Positions 1-13,400 of a stretch of DNA of 64,000 nucleotides are shown here, one piece after another (position 1 is the stretch's first letter; each line of letters opens with the position of its first letter). The notes under the pieces are model-generated. The model saw only the letters and a list, made by a program, of their open reading frames with translations, made no database searches and had not been told where the DNA came from. This DNA comes from Gnetum montanum (Eukaryota; Plantae; Gnetophyta). The stretch covers positions 212,282 through 276,281 of the forward strand of contig MNCI01002435.1 in assembly GCA_015680685.1 (NCBI GenBank), read 5' to 3'. Made by a program: the position numbers and the translations under genes.

Positions 1-512
1 CCTGGAATACGCTACTGGGTTACCAAGCAGCCAATGCTCGTAGTTAAGTCGTACTCATGCGTTGCGGCAAGCAGCTGATTCCTTGATTAGCCGTACACGT
101 CCGTAGACGCTCGTATTCAAGTCGTACTTGCATGCACTAGGAAAGCAGTAAATAAACAATAAAACCATGTATTGCAAGGTTTATCCAATCAAGTTTGTCT
201 TTATTGTCGTACACAACTTGGGTTCAGGTTACAAGCTGCTCGAATAAAGAGCCGTTCACTCTAGGACTCCTACTGCGGGCACATGGGAAAAATTCTAACT
301 CTGGAGTGATCAATCTGCCAAAGCTTCGCTACTTCTAGCCAGGATTGGGAAATGAAGGGAGTGCCGCCTCTTATTTATAGATATGGCGGCGGACCGCGAT
401 ATCGTGTACGCGATATCGCAGGGAAAGACGTGATATCGCGTACGCGATATCGCATGGGATGTGATATCGCGGCGGCTGCGATATCGCGGCACATGCAGGT
501 CGCGTCTCATCA
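1..512 (-). mobile_element. LTR of Athila-like element A (runs off the left edge), same lineage as the element E LTR
   Basis: Minus-strand start TGATGAG at 512, then a GCGATATCGC palindrome array (396-490) and a TATA box (TTTATAG on + at ~374). Colinear with 31600-31966. The right flank is gag sequence of element B, so A inserted into B. Confidence 0.85.
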
Positions 513-1500
513 GTGACAAAAGCTTAAGCTCTTCAAATCAAAGGATGAAAGCAAAAAAATCATGAATCCTTGGATGTAGCCTTGGGCAAATATTATTCTC
601 TACTACATAGATGTCAAAGCCATGGATTTTCTCAAAAAGAGTAGCTTCATCACATCATAGATAGGCTTTGTAACAAAATAAGAGAGATCCTTGGGATCTA
701 TACCCAGGGAAAATTATCAAAGTTGAAAGTCCATTGGATTCAAAGGCTAATTGAATAGATGGCAAAAGAATAAGGAGAGTTGTATAAAAGAGAGAGCATA
801 GAGAAATATAACTGGGACCTAACTCTTCACAAATAGGAACTCCATATTCATGATTAGGAAGGAGAGGTAGCTCTTGATGAGTTAATTTTAGAAAAAACCT
901 TAACAATACAAAATTCTATCACTAAGATTGAAGCAAGGGTAGATAAGATGTGGGAGTTGATGAATAAAAAATTTACAAACAAATTGAAAATCATAGAGGA
1001 GAAGGTAAAGAAAATAGAATCAAGTGATCTAAACAAGAAGAAGAAAAAGAACAAGGAAACAAGTAAGGACACTTATTAGCAAAAAGGGAAAATAGCCATA
1101 GTAGAAGAGGTTACAGACTCAGATTCAATGGAGGAAGATGGATTTTGTCAATACAAACATTCAAAGAGCTATTGCCCAGTTATGTTACATCTACAAGAGT
1201 CTAGGACTTTTGCTTTGAATCCCAAGTTAGTAAAAAAGCAAATGCCTAAAAGATTGCCTTATCCACAAGGCAATTATGGATTGTCCTACAACCAACAGTA
1301 CTATCCTAGTGGGACTTCTTATCAACCTCAAGATTACTATCAATCATAATGGCAAAACCCATAGTTGTGGGGGATGCTATCAACAAACTAGCAATGCCCC
1401 TATTGCTAATTAGATTCTTAGGGATATTATGTTCAACAACCTATTTCTCCTAATGGTTCTACTTCCCATGCCTCAGCTCCTTACTACCATCAACCCATAA
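513..1500 (+). pseudogene. Degenerate retrotransposon gag of element B
   Basis: Translation fragments KLKLF (~521), YYSLLHRCQSHGFSQ (591) and FCQYKHSKSYCP (~1143) match the gag fragments of D and E (YYTLLHRCPGHGY; CNICLYDHPKGQCP). Many stops. Confidence 0.7.
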
Positions 1501-2238
1501 CATCTCCTATGGGATCACCATCCCATATCTCTCATCATCCATTACATCCTTAATACTCTTATACTTCCCTCCAACATACGTCATCACTGATAATGTAAAA
1601 AGGATTAGCACCACAACCTCAATAGAAGAATGGAACTTGTGTTGTGACCATACAAAAGAATAATATTACTAGTAGCCCTTAGCAAAAGTCTTTAAAATTT
1701 CCTTTCTTTAGGACAGTTCCCACACATGTGAATCAAATTAATAAACCTACTAGCTCATCAGAACTAGCACAAGGATAATCTAGTGCAATCCCCATGCTCA
1801 TAAAGACAATGTCTCATAATTCTATGCTAAAGACAGTAACCAATATCACTCCCACACAAAACATAAAAGATGAACCTATCACTATGGAGAGACAAAAAAT
1901 TCCATGTATTACTAATAATGATAAAGGGTGTAGTTCTAGGTTGAAAGTTCAAATTATTAACACAATCTCTATACCAACCCACAACAAACTTGAGGAATAA
2001 GTGTGTATGCAAAACCAAGTCTACACAATAGCTACTAAACCAAAAGACACCTAGTGGTTCATGAATGAGAATATCAAACCATTTAAAGGATGCATGGAAA
2101 CATCCAACCCACTTATTAGTTCTAGTCCTAAGAAAATGAACCAAATAGATAACTTAGAGAAAGACATCTTACACTTTGACTATACAACAAAATAAGATGT
2201 TAAACAAGGAGACCAAAGAACTAAAATAGAAAATCAAA

Positions 2239-5200
2239 AAGGAAACATATCTTGATCCTTTAAAAAGAAAATACCTTCTAGTCTAGAGAAATATATGTTT
2301 CAAACTAATCGAAACTTGATTATCATCAATGTTAAATGTGCTAACAAGAAAAAACTTAAATTACTAAAGATGATAAATAGAAAAAGTATGGTGTATAACC
2401 AAGGAAATGTGTAGTCCATTTTCAGAATACTCACCCATGAGTTTATTCATGAGGGAGATGCTCTATCTTGAATCAAGAACTAATAAGTGCATTTTTACTT
2501 TTTTTATTTTTACATTTCTGTAGTATTTTCACATTTCTTCAAAATTTTTCAATTCTTGATATGTTTTTCATTTCTTGTTATTTTTCATTTCATTATAATT
2601 TTCTCTTTCTTGAGTCATTTTCTTTATATTTTATGGATGGTTACTCTACTTTTGTTAATAATATTACTAGTCATGATGTAAAAGTCAACGTTATATGTTG
2701 GGTCTTTATTTGATGCTATCAAGATGATTGAACAAATAATTATGTAATGTAGTGAGACCACATCATCCATCCCTCTAGTTTCTCTAAATAAAAGGTCTTT
2801 TATCATAAAATCAATATGGTTCTTCTCACATGAAACTAAAATCAACTAATGATCGTTGTCCCTTGAAGAAAAGGGGAAAGATCAAATGGAAATGAAAAAA
2901 GATGTGACCTCAAGGGGATTTGTTGGATTCTCTTCTTAGCTCCTTCTTGTAGCCTATGACTCATCACGGAACGTATTATCACTCCTACTATTGACCACAA
3001 AGGAAATATGTCCTTGGAAGATGTAGTTCAAAAAAAAGAAAAAGAAAAAGAAAAAAAAAGAGAAAAATGGAAATAAACATCTTTCTAAAGATATTTTGGG
3101 ATACAAGCATTGCTTATGGGGCTGGAAAGACATGTTATCCATGCTTAAGGCACCCCTCTAACTAAGGCCTAAATTTTTTCCTTGATAATCTTTAAAGCTA
3201 CTTCTTTTTTTTGATTTTTTGGAGTGATGCTCATTCTGTGTTTTTGTTATGGACTCATGATGGTAGGCAAGAAGGAGTACATCAATGTGAGACCACTATT
3301 AATGGTATGGGCTTAGTCTAAAACTTGGATAGATAAGTATGATAGTCATCTTAATAAAAATTGACATAAGAACCTATTGTGGACATGGTTAGGTACCTTA
3401 CATCCCAATCTCTGCAATCCATTCTCATCGCATGATTCACCTTACTGCTACATGCAATTATATGCCTAATGGTTGTATATAGTAAGTGTAGGATTCCAAC
3501 TAAGGTAGTTGTGTGTTGCTTGAAACAAAGGCATGATCTACATTTGACTTCTAAGGTGCCTATTGACATCTATAGAAGTGGTTATGCAAGGGCATTATGG
3601 CAAGAGCCTACTTTGCAGAAGACCCACTTGCATGACTTTTGTTGATCATGGCTTTGAACCAAAACCTCACATCTTTAAGGATATTATGGACATCTCCTCA
3701 AACTTTATGCATGATTTTGGAACTACTTTTCATCAATTTCGATTACTTTTTACAACTCTTATATTGAGCTATCCTCCAAATTTAACACTTCTTGGTCATC
3801 TTTTGAATCATGCCTTTGATTTTAGTTGTTTGAAAACTTGTGAGCTTTTGGAGTTGAGCTCATTTATCATGGGGAATTGAGGATTTACTTTTTGAAAATT
3901 TTCTAATTTTTCTAACACCTTAGTTTTGAATATTACAATAACTAATAGTAAAAATGACTTGAACAACTTGATGATTTTTTTTTTAGTTACCTTAGAGCCT
4001 TGGGGAACATTATTTCATAATCACCTGAAGTATCAATGCTAAATTTTTTCGAGTTTTGAGTTAACTAAGGATCCAAGAAGGGTTAATCATTAAGAAAAAA
4101 ATTACCAAAACTGACATTGATACTTTAGTGATTGCAGATGATGTGGAAAGGAATACCTTAGGTTGAAGATCTTTTGCAAGGCAAGGAAAAGAACAAAGGA
4201 GGATATGCCCATGGACATATAGCACATACAAGGATTAAAGCTCAAATATCACATGTTTGTTGGACCCATGGGACAATGAGGAGAAATTTCAATCCATCCT
4301 CTAGAAATGTTTTGCATAAAAGAGATGCATGAACATAATAATGAAGTTTGGAAAATCTTCCACCACTAGTGACAATAAGAATATTAATCTTTGGTGGATT
4401 TTTAAAGACTTCTACAACTGTGTAAACTTTGATGTCTATCTAGTGTTTTTCATTAATTTGTAAGACCTCCACTCAAATAAATTTTGTAATGTAGCACTCA
4501 TACTTATCATGTCAATCATTCTAGTTGATGAGCAGCATGTACCCCCTATGCCCAACCATATGAATCACAAGTGTTCAACACACAATCTAATCAAATTCTA
4601 TGAATGGGACTAGTTGTGACATCTAGATTGCTAAGCATTGATCACAAGATGCTATCTTCCCACTTGGACTAGTGATAGCTTTGTCACATATGGTTTAGTC
4701 CAAAGGAAATATATCTGGACCCTCTAAAAAGAAAATACCTTCTAGTCCAATGCAACATATGTTTCAAACTGATTGAAACCTAATTATCATCAATGTTAAA
4801 TGTGCTAACAAGCAAAAACTTAAATTACTAAAGATGATAAATAGAGAAATTATGGTGTATAACTAAGCAAATATGTTATCCATTTTCTAAATGCTCACCT
4901 ATGAGTTTAGTCATGAGATAGATGTTCTATCTTGAATTAAGAACTAATAAGTGCATATTCACTTTTTGTTTTACATTTTTTTATTATTTTTGTATTTCTT
5001 CAAAATTTTTCAATTCTTAATATGTTTTCCATTTCTTGTTATTTTTCTTTTCCTTGTAATTTTCTCTTTCTTGAGTCATTTTCTTTATATTTTATGGATG
5101 GTTACTATGCTTTTGTTAATAATATTGCTAGTCATGATGCAAAAGTTAATGTTATATGTTAGGTCTTTGTTCTATGCTATCAAGATGATTGGACAAATAA

Positions 5201-6997
5201 TTGTGTAATGTAGTGAGACCGCATCATCCATCCCTCTAGTTTCTTTAAATAAAAGGTATTTATCATAAAAGCAATATGCTTCTTCTCACATGACACTAAA
5301 ATCAACTAATGATCATTGAGCCTTGAAGAAAAGGGAAAAGATCAAGTGAAAATGAAAAAGGATGTGACCTCAAGGGGATTTTTTGGATTCTCTTCTTGAC
5401 ATCCTTCTTGTAGCCTATGACTCATTACGAAACATTTTATCACTCCTACTATTAACCATAAAGGAAATATGTCCTTAAGGTGTAGTTCAAAAAGAGAGAG
5501 AGAGTGAAAGAGAAAAAGAAAAAGAAAAAATGGAAATAAACATCTCTCTAAAGGTATCTTGGGATACAAGTGTTGCTTATGGGGCTAGAAAGACATGTTA
5601 CCCATGCCTAAAGGCACCCCTCTAACTAAGGCCCAAATTTTTTCCTTCATAATCTTTAAAACTACTTCTTCTTTTATTTTTTCTTTTTGGAGTGATGCAC
5701 ATTTGGTGTTGTTGTTATGGACTCATGATGGTAGGCAATAAGGAGCACATCAATGCGAGACCACTGTTAATGGTATGGACTTGATCTAAAACTTGGACAA
5801 ATAAGTAAGATGATCATCTTAATAACAACTGACATAAAAACTTATTACAAACATGGTTAGGTACCTCACGTCCTAATCTTTGCAATCCCTTCTTATCCCA
5901 TTATTCACTCAATGTTGCATGCAATTATATGCCTAATGGTTTTATATAGTAAGTGCAAGATTCCAACTAAGGTAGTTGTGTGTTGTTTGGAACAAAGGCG
6001 TGATCTACATTTGACTTCTAAGGTGTCCACGGACATCTATATAAGTGGTTATGCAAGGGAATTATGGCAAGAGCCTACTTTGGGGAGGACCCAATTGCAT
6101 GACTTTTGTTGATCATGGCTTTGAACCAAAACCTCACATCTTTAAGGATTTTATGGACATATTCTCAAAATTTATGCATGATTTTGGGACTACTTCTCAT
6201 CAATTTCACTTACTTTTTACAACTTTTATAGTGAACTATCCTCCAAATTCAATACTTCTTGGTCATCTTTTGAATTGTACCTTTGATTTTAGTTGTTCGA
6301 AAACTTGCGAGCTTTTGGAGTTAAGCTTATTTATCGTGGGGGGTTGAGGATTTACTTTTTAAAAATTTTATAATTTTTCTAACACCTTATTTTTGAACAT
6401 TATGGTAACTAATAGTAAAAATGACTTGAACAACTTGATGATTTTTTTAGTTACCTTAGAGCCTTGGGGAACAATATTTCATAATCACTTGAAGTGTAAA
6501 TGCTAAATTTTTTCAAATTTTGAGTTAACTATGGATCCATGAAGGGTTAATCATTAAGAAAAAAATTACCAAAACTAACATTGATCCTTTGATGATTGTA
6601 GATGATATTGAATTGAAAGGAATACCTTAGGTTGAAGATCTTTTGCAAGGAAAGGAAGAGAAGGACAAAGGAGGATATGCCCATGGACATATAGCACATA
6701 CAAGGATTAAAGCTCAAACATCACATGTTTGCTGGACCCATGGGACAATGAGGAGAAATTTTAGTCCATCCTCTAAAAATGTTCTACATAAAAGAGAAGC
6801 ATGAACATAACAATCAAGTTTGGAAAATCTGCCACCACTAGCGATAATAAGAAGATTAATCTTTGGTGGATTTTTGAAGACTTCTGCAATTGTGTAAGCT
6901 TTGATGTCTGTCTAGTGTTTTTCGCTAATTTGTAAGACCTCCACTTGAATAAATTTTGTAATGTAGCACTTATACTTATCATGTCAATCATTCTAGT
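2239..6997 (+). repeat. Direct duplication of a ~2.3 kb internal segment of element B (2239-4525 and 4702-6997)
   Basis: Colinear, diverged copies, e.g. AAAAAGAAAATACCTTCTAGTC near both starts and TACTTATCATGTCAATCATTCTAGT at both ends. ORF-track peptides pair up (3563/6045 and 2487/4951). Confidence 0.92.
4526..4705 (-). mobile_element. Inverted LTR 3'-end (U5) fragment lying between the two duplicated units
   Basis: The reverse complement reads CTTTGGACTAAACCATATG...GATTCATATGGTTGGGCATAGGGGGTACATGCTGCTCATCA, matching the LTR ends of B, C and D. Confidence 0.85.
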
Positions 6998-7079
6998 CAT
7001 AGTCACCCCACAATTTTTGTAATGAACTGTGTTCCTCTTGTACAACTCAAGGACAAGTTTTTGGTGAGTCATGAGGGTA

Positions 7080-8206
7080 TGATAAAGCATGAAAATTTTA
7101 CTATTCGCTAATATATTATATATATAGTATTATATCTACTATATCATAGATGCTATATGACATCTACGATGTATCATCCCCTACTACGTAGCATTTGTTG
7201 CCTTGCATCTTCTATATCATAGCCTAAGATGCTATATTGTAAATGCAATGTTGCAATTATAATAAATGCCTATAAATATGAATCCCCCATCATGTTTATG
7301 GGGCACCATTTGGTTAATAGTGTAGCCAAACTCTTGTAGTTTTATTTTATAATCTTAGCAAACAATTTGCGAGTGCTTGCAATATGGATTTAAGTTAATT
7401 GTACAACATCTTATTTGAGTGGCATTGTACCTGAACACATTCCATGAACAGAAATAAGATCACAATCTATTCATATTCATTGCAGCACTTTAACTTAGAA
7501 TAGATTTACGTTCGATGTAATTTACTTTCTATGTACTTGGTCAATATTTACATGTCTATGCACATTAATCAATTGGTGGAATGACCATGACAAGTTTTAC
7601 GTATAAATATATATTCTCTTGGTAATCCAAGTAGCATTATTATTTGGTTCACCCAACAACATAACACTTGGTAATTCCAATAGTGGTTATGTGAGTTTAG
7701 GACGTGTATAACAAGCTGGGAACAAACACTCATTGCCTTTAGGATAGTTTAGGATTTATCTTCTCGTTATTAATTAAATTAAATAATTAATTTTCATACT
7801 TTCATATAATTTAGCCTTAGCCGCACAACACCAATAATTGTAACACTTGGTAATCCCAGTAATGGGTATGTGAGTTTAGGATGTGTACGACAAGCTAGAA
7901 ATGGACACTCATCGCCCTTAGGATACTTTAGAATTTATCTTCTTATTATTAATTAGATTAAATAATTAATTTTTATACTTTCATATAGTTTAGCCTTAGC
8001 CGCTCAGCATCAATAATCATATGCCTCACTTTGGACTAAACCATACATGGTAAAGCTACCACTAGTCCAAGTGAGAAGAGAACAACTTGCAATCAATGTT
8101 TAACAATCTAAATACCACACTAGTCCCATCCATAGAAATCAACTGGATTGCACATGAATGCTTGTGATTTGTCTATTTGAGTGTAGGGGATACTCGCTTC
8201 TCATCA
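7080..8206 (+). mobile_element. 3' LTR of element B, with an internal ~179-bp tandem duplication (7663-7841 and 7842-8018)
   Basis: Starts TGATAA directly after the PPT and ends GAGTGTAGGGGATACTCGCTTCTCATCA. TATA box CTATAAATA at ~7270. Confidence 0.85.
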
Positions 8207-8619
8207 GAATCCCTCTTCAATGATCTAATATATTATTAGTATTATTCTTTTTTTTCTTTTTTTTTTCTTTTTGTTTCAACACCCCACACACCTATATGTT
8301 GAATTATATGTTACGATGCATGTAAACTCCTTTTGCATATAGGAGGCATGCAATTTCAACCACCATTCAAAGGCTAAATCTTGAGAAGAGTTGATTTTTG
8401 AAAATCGCCATGCATTCTTAATCTTGAAATGGTGCCCATGGGGATTGGAATATGAGGAACTTGGAAAAATACAAAGGTGCTAGTTATTTACCAAGCCCAA
8501 GTTATTTTGATATTTGGAAATCTATCCTATACAAGTAATGAAACCCTTGTTATTTGAAAAAGGACTAACATCTCTCCCATAGGGAGGACAAAATATTTAA
8601 ACAAACAGGGGAAAAAAAT

Positions 8620-9760
8620 TTCACACTAATTTGGATGCAAATGATACTTTTATCACTTTGATTGAGGACCATAATAATTTTAACACTACCTTGCACTACA
8701 TAGATATCTATTGTAGAGCCTCAGGAGCTAAGATCAATTGGAACAAAACGCAAGCCATCCGATCTATCTTCTCTCCTAGGCCTCCTTGGACTTATCATTT
8801 TGATATCAAGTGGCTATCTCCTAATGATATTTTCACCCTCTTAGGCGTCCCTATTGCTTTATTTGCTACTCCCACTACCATATGGAACAATGTGGTGGAA
8901 AAGTTGAAACATAAAGCTTTGAAATGGGCTTCTAATCCCTTATCTCTTGTAGTAGATTTATCGTAGTTAATCATATTTTGAGCTCCACTCATGTCTATTA
9001 CTCTTCCTTTATGGCTCCTTCCAAATCTTCATTTCAATGCATTAACAACATTCTTGGGAATTTCCTTTGGGGGGGTAAGGATGATCACAAAGCTTTTCAT
9101 CAAGTAGCTTGGGATACTTGCACTTTAAGTAAAAAACACGGGGGCTTAGGCCTTGCCTCTATTGAGCACCAGAGTATTCTCTTGGCCTCCAAATGGGTGA
9201 CTTGGTGTATTGAAGGAGATGAAGCTTGGAAGATCCTTTTTAGGCATAACATCTCTTGTCTTGGTATTCACCATAGATGGCAAAATACTCATTGGAGCAA
9301 TTGGATCATTAGTGAAGGCTCTTAGAAGATCGAAGGTTCTTTCTTGTTTAAGCAAATTTGGCAGTGTTGAAGCCAAATTAGAGGTTTGTTGCAATGGAAA
9401 CCTTCCCAAATAAGCTTGCACTCTCTATCGACACACTTGATTTGGTGGTCTCCTATTTTTAAAAAGAATGTAGGTTGTCTTTATGATGAATTCTCTCATA
9501 GAGCCAATCGTTTTTGCTGACCACAATCTCCACCATATTGATCAATTATATATAGTTAGAAATGATTCTCCTACCCTCTCTTGGACACATGCGAAAGTAA
9601 AATGGGGATTTCAAAGACAAGATGTTATCATTTACCAACACATTAAGCAAGTTCTCTCCAACTTTGTTGTGCATAAGGTGCATACTAATACTCCTTGGTA
9701 TGATGATTGGTTTTGGCCTAGATGCTTGGTATCAAAACACTAACTACAATGAATTTGGCT
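8620..9760 (+). mobile_element. Degenerate L1-like LINE ORF2 fragment (C-terminal part of RT and downstream region)
   Basis: Motifs YCRASGAKINWNKT, LGVPI, KLKHKALKW..LSL, FLWGG..HQVAWDTC..KKHGGLG and LLASKW are typical of plant L1 ORF2. Contains stops and frameshifts. Confidence 0.85.
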
Positions 9761-10102
9761 ACGGTATGAAATGCTTTATCAATGTTGAGAACTAGGCTTT
9801 ATCAATAATATTACCTTTTTCTAAATGGTTTCTGTTTGAGTTAGTTGTATAGCTCTCCTTTTTCAGCTGTCGTCCCAAGCAGTGCGATATGCTTATGTCT
9901 TGTTTTGGTTTTAATTTTTCTTCTCCATTGTAGCTCACCTTAACAACCCCCCAACACTAATTTGGATGCTGTCATATGGTCAACAGTCCACGCTTCAAAT
10001 TACCGAGTTTTCCTGTTCTACCACCAAATCTCTCACGTTTCTACAAATTCCTGCGACGTTTTCTACTTTCTCTTCTCTGCCCAAACCTTCTGCCAACCGA
10101 TC

Positions 10103-10564
10103 ATGGCTGCCGCGGATATGCGAACCGCTGATCGGCAGGATAGAGCAGAGCCAAAAACTGCTGCGTCAGAAGCACAGAGCCTCCCTGAAAAACCCAAAAC
10201 TGAAGAGGAAGAAGGAGCTCAAATTCAAGCCGAGACTGAAACCAGGGCAGAGGAAACGGGGGAAAACGGAGAAGAAGAAGTGGGTGAGTGCCCTTTCTGC
10301 GCGTTCATGAAAGGCGGTGGTTGCAGAGACGAATTTATCGCCTGGGAAAAGTGCGTGGAGGATAGCGAGAATCAGAATGAAGATGTTGCAGAGAAATGTT
10401 GGGATATCACTACAAAACTTCGGGAGTGTATGGCCAAATTTTCGGACTATTACGAGCCCATTCTGCAGCTAGAGAAGACCATGGAGGAAGATCAAAAGAA
10501 AGATGATGGTGGATCTTCGTCTTCTTCTTCTGCTGCTGCTGCTTCTGGACAATCCAGTAAGTGA
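10103..10564 (+). CDS. GCK-domain protein (153 aa, intronless CDS)
   Basis: Acidic N-terminus followed by ECPFCAFMKGGGCRDEFIAWEKC...KCWDITTKLRECM..FSDYYEPIL, the plant GCK signature with twin Cx9C spacing. ATG at 10103 in the 9962 ORF frame. Confidence 0.92.
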   Translation: MAAADMRTADRQDRAEPKTAASEAQSLPEKPKTEEEEGAQIQAETETRAEETGENGEEEVGECPFCAFMKGGGCRDEFIAWEKCVEDSENQNEDVAEKCWDITTKLRECMAKFSDYYEPILQLEKTMEEDQKKDDGGSSSSSSAAAASGQSSK

Positions 10565-12925
10565 GGTTTAAGAATGGGGTTTTGGGTTTTAGGGAAAATT
10601 TGGGTTTTGGGTAGCCATATAGACAAATAGATTGTGGAATTTTTCGAAGTTGAGGGTCTCTGAGGCTATTCTTTTAGGAGTAGTTGTTGGTAGATTTGGG
10701 ATTCTGATGTCGGAAGTTGATCTAATATTCCGAATTTTTTCCAATAAAGTTTCCGGGATTTTGCCTTACCAAATCGCTGGGTTTCACAGAATCCATTTTT
10801 TGTTGTCTCTGTAACATTTCAGCAAGGCGGGATATTTGAAAAATGGTTTTAAATGTTACTTGAATTTTTGGAATAAGTTTTTGCATCAAAGTTTGGATTT
10901 TAAAATTTGCAATGTCAATTTTGGATTCCACCTTCACCGTCCTGCAAATTTCAGATTCGCAATATTGATTATTTGTTTACTAAGATTTGAGGTTCATTTT
11001 TCATTATCAAATCCAGCGTTAAAGAAAAATTTGAGTCTCAAAATGTTTATGCAGTCATGGTTATGCTAGAGATGGAATGAATTCTGTAAGTGTCTCCTGC
11101 ATTCAAATTCTAACTTTTTGGTTTTTATAATATCAAATCAGAGTCCTTATGCTGCAGCTGTAAATTTGCAACTGATTGGCAATGTTAAAATGCAAAGTAT
11201 CTGTACCGTTTCTTTTTATAGTTTTTTCACTGGATCATGGTATTTAACTTTGCAATATATCTGTTTGTGATGCAATCCTGAAACAGGACAGATACAGGAT
11301 GTTAAATTTTAAGCAACTGATCAGATATTTAAACTTTGAGCAGCTTTAGCTATAAGGAGATGCATGTGTTCCCTTGATTTGAATTTTATGGTTTCTGCAT
11401 GCTTCATGATGAAGTTAACGTTAATGCTAACTTAGATTAGTCATCAAACTAAGTTGAAAGACCAAGAAACTGGTATTGATAGCAAATTGAAGCCTTTCTC
11501 AATAATTATAAAAAACCATCAAAATATCTAAAGAAATTATTACTGAACGTGAGAATTTTACCTTACAAGTAATAAGGAAGGAGTTGTTTCTGTAAACGTG
11601 CAAGGCCCTCACAAGAAGCAACACGCCACCCTTGACATACATCAGGACTTGGAATTTCCAATTTTATGAAGATGGAGATGATGATGCCTTAAATTAACTT
11701 AGGGATATGTTAACCAATAAACTGTAAGTTCGAGATACTATTCAAAACAGTACTTACGCTTGAGAACAAGTACCCTGTGTAATCTAATGAAGTATAAAAA
11801 TATCTGTGCATTCCAAACACCAATACCCAACTTATTTAAAACTAATGAAGTAAGAAATCAATTGATAATAATTTCCTGCTTAATTGGCAAAATGTGACGG
11901 TGTTAGGGCAGCAAAATAAATTTATGCTATGTTGCTTAGAAAGTAACAAAGCACTCAGAGTGAGGAGGATGGTGCAAGATGTTTGGTTTGAGATCTCCAT
12001 AGTCACATTGGAAAAAAGAAGGATAGTTGTTTTCTGATGGGCTTCTCCGTTGTTCTTGGGCCAAGGTCTTACCAATAAATTATAGATGCAGGAAGGAGTG
12101 GAAGTAGAAACAATCCTTGAAAATAATGGAAAATCAAGAGGGGCTGTGGATGAGCTAAACTTCTTTAAAATAGCTACACCGAAGCCGAAACAGTTTTTGA
12201 GAAATAAAAGCACCTTACCATCATTCTATCTCTGATACTCTCTCGTTACACTTTTACCCTAATCTACATGTGATTTCACTCCCTTTTCGATAAAATGGGG
12301 GCAACCAGAAAACCAGAAACAATATAGGCAACTGTAAGATGCAACTGCAAACTAGCACTAAGACATCCAAATTCATTAATTAATCCTTCTAACAGCCATG
12401 GCATTAGGACCGGACTGCCTGTGTGTCATGAACCTGTTCTCTTTTGGGTACGGCATACAACTGCAGGGTAAAGAACATTGTTTTATGGGGAAGTTAAAAT
12501 TAAATTGTTTTATTAAAACTGTATATAACTATTGAAATATTGAAATTTATTATATTTGCAAAGACGTGCTAGGATCAACATTCCTAGGATATTTTTATTA
12601 CCTATGACAGACATCGTGCAGGGACATAGTCGTCTTGTCAAAATGGTTTATCATAATTAAGGTTCATGTGGCCGTGGAGATTCCTACGTTTAAGTATTCT
12701 ACTTGACCATTGACCTGACTTGTTTTTTCATGAAAGTACTGGAATTTCTTTTGATTTTCAAATTTCTTTACTACTATTAAATAACCTTTTCCTTTGGCAA
12801 TTTTGCTAACTTACTAAGAATCGATCTAGTTGATATCTTCCTTATTTCTACCATCATATTTTTTATAATTATAAGCTTCGATCTAGTGTGCCTTCGATGT
12901 AGGATCTTTTATACATAAGCATGCA

Positions 12926-13400
12926 ATGTTGATCATTCATAAGTGGGTTCCAAATTTTGATGTCCAATCTAAAGAATATGCCCAAGTTCTATGTTTTGTC
13001 AAGTTATATAATCTTCCATTGATTTTTAAGAAAGTTGAATATAAAGTTGTTAGTTTCTTGGTCCCATTAAGTGTATGGAGTTTATTTCTACAATTTTTGG
13101 TTTTCATAGATATATTTTTTTTTGTTAAAATCAACCTCCTTAATTGTAAAAAGGAATTGGTATTACAAGCAAGAGAGAAGACTTATATTTAGTCAATTAC
13201 ATACCATCATCCTAGTCTTGTCTCAACAAAATGGGGTTGGCTAAGCCATTACATATTATACTCTTCCTCATTCTTGCAACTTTTTTCCTCATGAAGGACA
13301 TTTGTTTAATGCTTGTCTTTTGTTGCTCAAGAAAAAAAATTCTGAAGAAAAGAAAAAATATGTTGAAGTTGAAGATATGAAAAATCAAGTTAATGTTAAC
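12926..13400 (+). mobile_element. Degenerate L1-like LINE ORF1 remnant
   Basis: KWVPNF....FVKLYNLPL resembles the end of the L1 ORF1 DUF4283 region. A decayed zinc knuckle (C..F.HEGHLFNAC) follows at ~13276-13318. Confidence 0.55.
13203..13243 (-). repeat. RTE-LINE-type 3' tail fragment
   Basis: The reverse complement TAGCCAACCCCATTTTGTTGAGACAAGACTAGGATGATGGT matches the copies at 38468 and 43953 and the plant RTE tail pattern (TAGCCGACCCCA..GGGATAAGGCT plus a trinucleotide tail). Confidence 0.55.

Larger units (their letters stand above)
513..8206 (+). mobile_element. Athila-like non-autonomous LTR element B (5' part interrupted by A or outside the window)
   Basis: gag remnant, non-coding internal region with blocks shared with D and E, PPT-like GAGTCATGAGGGTA at ~7066-7079, then the 3' LTR. 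No RT, RNase H or integrase motifs seen. Confidence 0.8.

Noticed and set aside
10-28. GCUUGGUAACCCAG loosely recalls the SRP RNA Alu domain
   Set aside because: The similarity is short, it forms a local hairpin in the LTR module, and no other SRP features are present.
2468-2713. Hydrophobic F/L-rich ORFs (also 4951-5208) as membrane or env proteins
   Set aside because: They are translations of T-rich non-coding sequence, and most begin at non-ATG codons.
9962-10102. N-terminal extension of the GCK ORF in the ORF track
   Set aside because: It starts at TTG in pyrimidine-rich UTR-like sequence. The first ATG is at 10103.
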